Source: Eledone cirrhosa (lineage: Eukaryota). Taken from it: a DNA stretch of 64,000 nt. Below the pieces are notes generated by a model, which saw only the letters and a list, made by a program, of their open reading frames with translations, did no database searches and was not told where the DNA came from. Where the stretch lies: the NCBI GenBank assembly GCA_964016885.1, contig OZ024765.1, positions 18,476,001 through 18,540,000 on the forward strand. Direction: 5' to 3'. Positions 1 through 7,600 of this stretch are shown here, in pieces. How positions within the stretch are numbered: position 1 is the first letter of the stretch; each line of letters opens with the position of its first letter. Both the position numbers and the translations under genes were made by a program.

Positions 1-541
1 ACCAAGTTTCACTGGATGATTGTATTATTTTGTTGTCAGTGGACATCTGGACATCTATCTAAATACCTGGAATAAACACAAGGTGTATGTTTTACGTAAC
101 ATTTCATTTTAATGTCTGATGTTCCTGTATTTCACATTTAAAATGTAACCAAAAATAAACAAGACAGGGACGCTACATCAAAATAAACCACACAGACGAG
201 GTACGAATAATCTAAAATTAATTTTAACAAACTATAAACGATGTTTAAAGAGAGACGAACATTAAAATAGGATTTCAAACAAACACGTAAACACAAAGAC
301 AATTACAGCCGCCATAATCTAATATCTGAAGATCAACATTTTTCACGATAGAAATAAAACTAAATATGTAAAGTTTAGTGGCCCCTGATTTACTTGCTTT
401 TAATTTCATTTTGATAATCTGTATTCTGTAGACATATATTTATGATTTTAATGATGAAATTTCCTCTTGTCTTTAAAAGATTATTACTTATAAAAATTAT
501 AATAGTCACCTCCTCCTCTCGATTAATATGTAGCTTACCCA

Positions 542-616
542 CAGGGGTTCCTCAACTGGGCGGTTTCAACTGTTGGGTGCGCGATGAGCAGCTGAACAGA
601 AAATTGAGGGCCATTG
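542..616. mobile_element. Possible degenerate 75-bp hAT-type MITE
   Basis: It begins CAGGGGTTCCTCAA and ends AAAATTGAGGGCCATTG (reverse complement CAATGGCCCTCAA). These imperfect termini resemble the CAGTGGTTCTCAA...TTGAGAACCACTG ends common in hAT MITEs. No 8-bp target duplication is retained. Confidence 0.45.
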
Positions 617-979
617 GAAACTTTGGTGGCCGATATAGAATTTTGAGATTTAAGAAGGTATGCTACCCGAAAACCTATTCAAGGAATATATGTAAAGAAC
701 CTGAATAAAAATCAGGAAGCTAATTGGGAAAATTAAACCAGGAACAAACATTTACGAAACATATTTGGTATACTTTGAAATATTTACTATACAGGTGACT
801 GGTGGAACATTTTTTCATGTGAATGTGGGAAATGACGCCAAAATATTTGGCAACCCTTGGCTCACAACTTACTAAATGTTCTGGAGACAAGCCTCTTCGC
901 TATATATCATAGTTCTTCAATCCTTCATCTTCCACAGTTGGTGAAGTATTTCGATTTGATATGACGATCGCAGAGTTAG

Positions 980-1300
980 ATTTAGGACGTGGTGGCGTTC
1001 ATGGGTTTCTTAGTGTTGTTACTAGAAAGGGTCGACTCTGTCTTTCACACTTCAGGTTTTTTCATGAATTAAATATCCATTTTCTTTCTGATCGGTCTAA
1101 CAATGATTTGAACCTACAATGACTCCGTCTGTAATAATGTTCTCTTATTTGAAGTATGCCATACCTAACTCCCGTGTCTGTGTGTGTGAAAAATATTCCA
1201 ACTTAGAGCGACGTGCCCGTAAATTGTTTAGCCTGATTCCTATATATAGATAATGTGTAATATTTGAACCTTCATGGAGGGTCTTTGCCGTAATTTCCCG
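980..1300 (-). repeat. Internal inverted paralogue B1, homologous to ~3315-3545 (+)
   Basis: The reverse complement contains agaaacccatgaacgccaccacgtc versus agaaagccatgaacgccagcacatc at 3516-3540. Weaker ordered matches: ttgtaggttcaaat/ttgtaggatctaat, atgaaa, gaccc, acggcaa. Confidence 0.65.
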
Positions 1301-1784
1301 TAACTCCGACTAGAAGTCATTATGTAGTTTTTTCGTCCGTTAAAAATAATGATTAAAACAATTCTATATCCAGAGTTATATACACCCCTTCATCACATAT
1401 TATATTATTTCCACCAATAACTACATTATATCCTTAAATATGACACCAAGACATATAATTTGTAAATAAAAGATGAAATATTAAAACCTCAATTTTTAAA
1501 TAATTTTACCCCACCTTTGTGTTCTCAGTGTTTAGATTAACCCATAATTTTATGATTTTGGAGCATATAACTTATAGTACCAGTCATGTACTGGGATCAA
1601 TTTAACGGATTGGTTCCTCCCCGCAAATTACTTGACATTTGCCTAAGTAAGACATACTCACAGAATGTATCGATGTATATGTATGAATGTATATATATAT
1701 TAGTATATTTTATGTTTACAATAAAAATAGACAAACAATTTAATGATAATATGAAATGAAATTATTATTATTTATTAATAATAT

Positions 1785-1975
1785 TTTTATTGTTTTCACT
1801 GCATTAACTTCTGAGTGTGACTTTGTTTTTCTTACTATTTTCTACTGTAAATGGCGGCTTAATTGGATTATTACTAAGGTTTACTGGATTGTGGTGTTTC
1901 TTTATTGTTTTATATTTCAATCAGTGGACATCAGGATAGCTTTCTATATACCTGGGATAAATGTAAAGAGTACTG
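1785..1975 (-). repeat. Internal direct paralogue A1, homologous to 4470-4665
   Basis: Blocks shared in the same order: ttgttttcactNcattaactNctga, ggattattacNaagNttNactggat, tcagtggacatcNgga, atacctggNataaa. Confidence 0.85.
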
Positions 1976-2044
1976 ACTTTCATCTGCAGTTCAATGGTGA
2001 TGTCTTCTTATATTTTCATTTACTTCTGCAATACTGTATATTGT

Positions 2045-2515
2045 AGTCTTTTCATTATTTTAAATATTTCTATCATGTCACTCGTTTGATATATCTCCCC
2101 GAAAGATATAGTTATTCAGAGCTTTACATTGGAATAGTGTACTACTATTTAAATATTAGTCCTTTAAATATATATTTCTATCATGTCCCCCCCCCCCCAC
2201 CCCCACCCTCTTAGGTTTATCTCCTCTAAATTTGCAATCCCTAAAGTTTAACATCTTTCTTCAGAAGACAGATTTCTTAATAATTCTGGTGTTTTCTGTT
2301 TTGTTCTTTTCTGGATTCCTTCAATAGCTTCTCCGTATTTTCTGAAGTCGTCTGACCATGCCCCAAAACAATATTCTAGGTCGTATCACACATATCATTC
2401 AACTAGTGTTTTAGACCTCTCGACATTTATCTAGGCAAAGGAATGTTTTATTATTCCTATCATCTGAATTCCTTTTTTTTCTTCAACATGTTTAGCCATC
2501 TTTAAAATCATATTC
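2045..2515 (-). mobile_element. Degenerate CR1-clade non-LTR retrotransposon (LINE) ORF2 C-terminal fragment, present in every unit
   Basis: Manual minus-strand translation gives MAKHVEEKKGIQMIGIIKHSFA*xNVERSKTLVE*YV*YDLEYCFGAWSDDFRKYGEAIEGIQKRTKQKTPELLRNLSSEERC*TLGIANLEEINLRG-(G-run)-DMIEIY, then a second DMIEIFKIMKRL. This follows the CR1 post-RT pattern (KANxMLGxIKRxF...YVRPxLEYC..WSP..KKDIxxLExVQRRATK..xLxxLSYEERLxxLxLxSLExRRLRGDxIExFKI). Several in-frame stops are present. Confidence 0.85.
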
Positions 2516-2947
2516 ATACATATTCACAATTCCTCGTGGAGGGGTATAAGAGACATGTATAAATATAGCTGCATATTACTACAAAATAACTTGAACCATA
2601 TCGCGAAACATTTTGTAAAGTATCTCTGTAATTATTCTCATTTCGATTTTCTGTAGAATGTATTGACGTTTAAGATAGAGACAATTGCCCTTCTTCTAAT
2701 AATCTCTTTGTCCATTCCATGTTTTAGTCTCACAAAATATTGTTAATGCAAGATTTTGCTCTAATGTAATAAATGTTACTTTTAAAAGAGCGAAGTTCTC
2801 AATTTTCTTCTTTCTCTTGTATATTGATATCTAAAGGATGACAAATGTATGAATTATGTGATAGGGAGGAAAAAAGCCACGACCTTCTTCTCTCGTTACA
2901 GAATGCTAACTGACAACGTCTTTCGCAGGAGTGACTAGTACTACTGC

Positions 2948-2957
2948 CTTTTATATA
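2948..2957 (-). promoter_or_regulatory. Candidate TATA box (TATATAAAAG) within a GC-richer island at 2857-3085
   Basis: A strong TATA consensus on the minus strand, seen unchanged in the units inspected. It is flanked by a 9-bp inverted repeat (acgtctttc 2916-2924 / gaaagacgt 2971-2979) and a cgtgacaa direct repeat. Activity cannot be shown from sequence. Confidence 0.35.
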
Positions 2958-3314
2958 CCGTGACAACTGGAAAGACGTGACAAATAAGGATACACTCTGC
3001 TCTCCTTATCAACATTGTCCGAGTCTGAGGACCTTTCCTCCCTGGTTAAGGAGTGAGATAAAATATTAGGGATCAATCTCTAGCAATAATTTCATTAAAT
3101 CATATTTAACCAGAGACTGTTATGTTGTGGTTGTTGCTATATTTTATAGTCGTGGTTTCAATGTTTAACAGGGGTTGTAGAATTAGCTTTATCTAATTAT
3201 TATCAAACAAAACAGATTTATATATTGTCGCCGTTGTACGTTAAAATCACATATATATTTATATACACACTAAGGATGGAGGGACGACGGAATTGAAAAC
3301 CATTATTGCTGAGT

Positions 3315-3545
3315 ACATCACGGCAAGATCTAATACACACACACACACACACTCTCCCGTATATATTTAATAATCAGCTATGACCATGAAGAAGGTCCCT
3401 GTAGATCATCTGGTTGTAGGATCTAATGAACCCGAAAGAAAGTGAAAATATATTTTATGAAAGCCCCAGAAGAATAAATGTAAACATTGACCCGATTATA
3501 GTAGAAATAAGAATGAGAAAGCCATGAACGCCAGCACATCTATTT
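3315..3545 (+). repeat. Internal inverted paralogue B2, containing a length-variable (AC)n tract at ~3335-3352
   Basis: See B1. The exact 12-mer ccatgaacgcca lies at 3522-3533 (+) and 993-1004 (-). The AC tract length differs among units. Confidence 0.65.
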
Positions 3546-3597
3546 TGCTTGGAAATTAAAAGTAGGTTTATAAATATTAATTTTTTCTTATGTTCTT

Positions 3598-3664
3598 GTA
3601 TCTGTTTGGTAGGTGTTAGAGACTATGTAGACACTGATGTGGTGTTCAATCTCAGTCCGAATCT
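3598..3664 (+). mobile_element. Strongly degenerate tRNA-derived element, copy 1 of 4
   Basis: tggtaggtgttagagac...gttcaatctcagtc aligns with copy 2 (tggtaggtattagagac...tttcgatttcagtc). It is preceded by the same leader aaaagtaggtttataaatattaatttt at 3558. The A box is partly deleted. Confidence 0.55.
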
Positions 3665-3728
3665 GTACTATATATTTTTAAATTTAAATTTTTCTCTAGT
3701 AAAGTAAAAAATGAAATTATTATCTATA

Positions 3729-3800
3729 GACTTTGACTGAAATCGAAACCCAGAGCAGATTCTTCACCGTCTCTAATACCTACAATTAGGCCACGGAGAC
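3729..3800 (-). mobile_element. tRNA-derived (SINE-head-like) element, copy 2 of 4
   Basis: Reverse complement reads gtctccgTGGCCTAAT(G/T)Gtaggtattagagacggtg(g/a)agaa...gggTTTCGATTTC. It shares 'tagagacggtggaga' with copy 4 in most units. Confidence 0.7.
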
Positions 3801-3882
3801 AGATATAAAAACAGTGTGAAAATTAATATTTATAAAGTTACTTTTTTATTTTTGTTTTATACTATAAAAAATATAATACGAC

Positions 3883-3953
3883 ACACTGCCAGTGATTGAA
3901 CCCAGGACATGAACATCCACCGGCTCTTATACTTACCACTAGGCTAAAGGGAC
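3883..3953 (-). mobile_element. tRNA-derived (SINE-head-like) element, copy 3 of 4
   Basis: Reverse complement reads gtcccttTAGCCTAGTGGtaagtataagagccggtgga...GGGTTCAATCAC, with an A box and a B-box-like motif. It is homologous to 4219-4288. Confidence 0.7.
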
Positions 3954-4005
3954 GATTACAGAAACTTACTTAAAAATTGATATTTATAAACCTACTTTTT
4001 CATTA

Positions 4006-4176
4006 CTAGAAAAAACCGGAAGTGGAGAAAATTGAAAAACATCTTCTTTTTCTTCCTCTGATTTTTTTTTATCCAAAATTTGGATTTAAGTCAGAGACGA
4101 GTTATCGTTCGTGGCAAAAATCAGAGGAAGAAAAAGAAGAAGTTTTTCAATTTTCTCCACTTCCGGTTTTTTCTAG
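4006..4176. mobile_element. 171-bp MITE-like fold-back element with 61-bp terminal inverted repeats, flanked by TA, present in every unit
   Basis: 4006-4066 (ctagaaaaaaccggaagtggagaaaattgaaaaacatcttctttttcttcctctgattttt) is the reverse complement of 4116-4176 with one mismatch. TA lies at 4004-4005 and 4177-4178, consistent with a Tc1/mariner-type target duplication. The inverted repeat is certain; the family assignment is inference. Confidence 0.8.
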
Positions 4177-4218
4177 TATAGGTAAGTAAATATTAATTTT
4201 CAAAAAATTTTTGTAACC

Positions 4219-4288
4219 GTCCCTGTGGCCTAATGGTAAGCACTAGAGACGGTGGAGATCCTGATTTAGGGTTCGATTTCCGTTAGGT
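4219..4288 (+). mobile_element. tRNA-derived (SINE-head-like) element, copy 4 of 4
   Basis: gtccctgTGGCCTAATGGtaag...aGGGTTCGATTTCC carries Pol III A-box and B-box motifs at tRNA-like spacing. The 5' end resembles tRNA-Arg genes, but no acceptor or anticodon stem closes. Confidence 0.75.
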
Positions 4289-4469
4289 TTTATACTATTA
4301 ACTGCGTATTTGTTTCTTTTATTTAAGTAAGATTTGAACTAATAATGCTGTACTTTGTAGTAATGTCCCATATTATATTCAACATATTTTAATTAAAATT
4401 TATTTTTTTTATAAAAGAAAGAACAAAAAACCTTATTGAAATTAAGAAATGAATTTTATTCAGTAAAGT

Positions 4470-4665
4470 TGTTTTTATTTTGTTTTCACTTCATTAACTG
4501 CTGAATACGTCTTTTGTTTTTGTTTTTGATTCTTTCTAACCATTGTTTACTGTGAATGGTGACTGCAACGAACCTGGATTATTACCAAGTTTCACTGGAT
4601 GATTGTATTATTTTGTTGTCAGTGGACATCTGGACATCTATCTAAATACCTGGAATAAACACAAG
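4470..4665 (-). repeat. Internal direct paralogue A2, homologous to 1785-1975
   Basis: Same ordered blocks as 1785-1975. Both copies run on the minus strand into A-rich sequence containing AATAAA. Confidence 0.85.
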
Positions 4666-7600
4666 GTGTATGTTTTACGTAACATTTCATTTTAATGTCT
4701 GATGTTCCTGTATTTCACATTTAAAATGTAACCAAAAATAAACAAGACAGGGACGCTACATCAAAATAAACCACACAGACGAGGTACGAATAATCTAAAA
4801 TTAATTTTAACAAACTATAAACGATGTTTAAAGAGAGACGAACATTAAAATAGGATTTCAAACAAACACGTAAACACAAAGACAATTACAGCCGCCATAA
4901 TCTAATATCTGAAGATCAACATTTTTCACGATAGAAATAAAACTAAATATGTAAAGTTTAGTGGCCCCTGATTTACTTGCTTTTAATTTCATTTTGATAA
5001 TCTGTATTCTGTAGACATATATTTATGATTTTAATGATGAAATTTCCTCTTGTCTTTAAAAGATTATTACTTATAAAAATTATAATAGTCACCTCCTCCT
5101 CTCGATTAATATGTAGCTTACCCACAGGGGTTCCTCAACTGGGCGGTTTCAACTGTTGGGTGCGCGATGAGCAGCTGAACAGAAAATTGAGGGCCATTGG
5201 AAACTTTGGTGGCCGATATAGAATTTTGAGATTTAAGAAGGTATGCTACCCGAAAACCTATTCAAGGAATATATGTAAAGAACCTGAATAAAAATCAGGA
5301 AGCTAATTGGGAAAATTAAACCAGGAACAAACATTTACGAAACATATTTGGTATACTTTGAAATATTTACTATACAGGTGACTGGTGGAACATTTTTTCA
5401 TGTGAATGTGGGAAATGACGCCAAAATATTTGGCAACCCTTGGCTCACAACTTACTAAATGTTCTGGAGACAAGCCTCTTCGCTATATATCATAGTTCTT
5501 CAATCCTTCATCTTCCACAGTTGGTGAAGTATTTCGATTTGATATGACGATCGCAGAGTTAGATTTAGGACGTGGTGGCGTTCATGGGTTTCTTAGTGTT
5601 GTTACTAGAAAGGGTCGACTCTGTCTTTCACACTTCAGGTTTTTTCATGAATTAAATATCCATTTTCTTTCTGATCGGTCTAACAATGATTTGAACCTAC
5701 AATGACTCCGTCTGTAATAATGTTCTCTTATTTGAAATATGCCATACCTAACTCCCGTGTCTGTGTGTGTGAAAAATATTCCAACTTAGAGCGACGTGCC
5801 CGTAAATTGTTTAGCCTGATTCCTATATATAGATAATGTGTAATATTTGAACCTTCATGGAGGGTCTTTGCCGTAATTTCCCGTAACTCCGACTAGAAGT
5901 CATTATGTAGTTTTTTCGTCCGTTAAAAATAATGATTAAAACAATTCTATATCCAGAGTTATATACACCCCTTCATCACATATTATATTATTTCCACCAA
6001 TAACTACATTATATCCTTAAATATGACATCAAGACATATAATTTGTAAATAAAAGATGAAATATTAAAACCTCAATTTTTAAATAATTTTACCCCACCTT
6101 TGTGTTCTCAGTGTTTAGATTAACCCATAATTTTATGATTTTGGAGCATATAACTTATAGTACCAGTCATGTACTGGGATCAATTTAACGGATTGGTTCC
6201 TCCCCGCAAATTACTTGACTTTTGCCTAAGTAAGACATACTCACAGAATGTATCGATGTATATGTATGAATGTATATATATATTAGTATATTTTATGTTT
6301 ACAATAAAAATAGACAAACAATTTAATGATAATATGAAATGAAATTATTATTATTTATTAATAATATTTTTATTGTTTTCACTGCATTAACTTCTGAGTG
6401 TGACTTTGTTTTTCTTACTATTTTCTACTGTAAATGGCGGCTTAATTGGATTATTACTAAGGTTTACTGGATTGTGGTGTTTCTTTATTGTTTTATATTT
6501 CAATCAGTGGACATCAGGATAGCTTTCTATATACCTGGGATAAATGTAAAGAGTACTGACTTTCATCTGCAGTTCAATGGTGATGTCTTCTTATATTTTC
6601 ATTTACTTCTGCAATACTGTATATTGTAGTCTTTTCATTATTTTAAATATTTCTATCATGTCACTCGTTTGATATATCTCCCCGAAAGATATAGTTATTC
6701 AGAGCTTTACATTGGAATAGAGTACTACTATTTAAATATTAGTCCTTTAAATATATATTTCTATCATGTCCCCCCCCCCCCCCTCTTAGATTTATCTCCT
6801 CAAAATTTGCAATCCCTAAAGTTTAACATCTTTCTTCAGAAGACAGATTTCTTAATAATTCTGGTGTTTTCTGTTTTGTTCTTTTCTGGATTCCTTCAAT
6901 AGCTTCTCCGTATTTTCTGAAGTCGTCTGACCATGCCCCAAAACAATATTCTAGGTCGTATCACACATATCATTCAACTAGTGTTTTAGACCTCTCGACA
7001 TTTAGCTAGGCAAAGGAATGTTTTATTATTCCTATCATCTGAATTCCTTTTTTTTCTTCAACATGTTTAGCCATCTTTAAAATCATATTCATACATATTC
7101 ACAATTCCTCGTGGAGGGGTATAAGAGACATGTATAAATATAGCTGCATATTACTACAAAATAACTTGAACCATATCGCGAAACATTTTGTAAAGTATCT
7201 CTGTAATTATTCTCATTTCGATTTTCTGTAGAATGTATTGACGTTTAAGATAGAGACAATTGCCCTTCTTCTAATAATCTCTTTGTCCATTCCATGTTTT
7301 AGTCTCACAAAATATTGTTAATGCAAGATTTTGCTCTAATGTAATAAATGTTACTTTTAAAAGAGCGAAGTTCTCAATTTTCTTCTTTCTCTTGTATATT
7401 GATATCTAAAGGATGACAAATGTATGAATTATGTGATAGGGAGGAAAAAAGCCACGACCTTCTTCTCTCGTTACAGAATGCTAACTGACAACGTCTTTCG
7501 CAGGAGTGACTAGTACTACTGCCTTTTATATACCGTGACAACTGGAAAGACGTGACAAATAAGGATACACTCTGCTCTCCTTATCAACATTGTCCGAGTC

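Noticed and set aside
326-356. Hammerhead ribozyme core (ctgaaga...gaaa) like those in Penelope terminal repeats
   Set aside because: No convincing stem II or flanking stems I and III could be formed.
442-708. Recurring 88/93-aa ORF with GVPQLGG, reminiscent of the RT motif GVPQG
   Set aside because: No other RT motifs are present, the peptide coincides with the hAT-like MITE terminus, and the ORF is broken by TAA in unit 5. Its recurrence only reflects the array.
837-860. Palindrome gccaaa-ata-tttggc and a tggcaaccct motif seen at some DNA-transposon ends
   Set aside because: It is too short, and no partner terminus was found in the unit.
1756-2046. Recurring 96-aa hydrophobic ORF
   Set aside because: Its F/I/L/Y composition is expected from T-rich DNA. 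It is antisense to the LINE-related segment, broken by TGA in unit 11, and not conserved as an ORF in paralogue A2.
3729-4288. Functional tRNA gene cluster
   Set aside because: A/B boxes are present, but acceptor and anticodon stems do not pair in any copy.
1-4583. rDNA, 5S, histone, snRNA, spliced-leader, CRISPR or viral concatemer explanations for the array
   Set aside because: I found no recognisable rRNA, histone or snRNA sequence, no repeat-spacer pattern and no long ORFs. An Rfam scan would be needed to exclude a divergent small RNA.
6669-6902. Recurring 76-78-aa ORF with a poly-proline stretch
   Set aside because: It has a TTG start, is antisense to the CR1 remnant, and is open only when the variable C-run is in frame.
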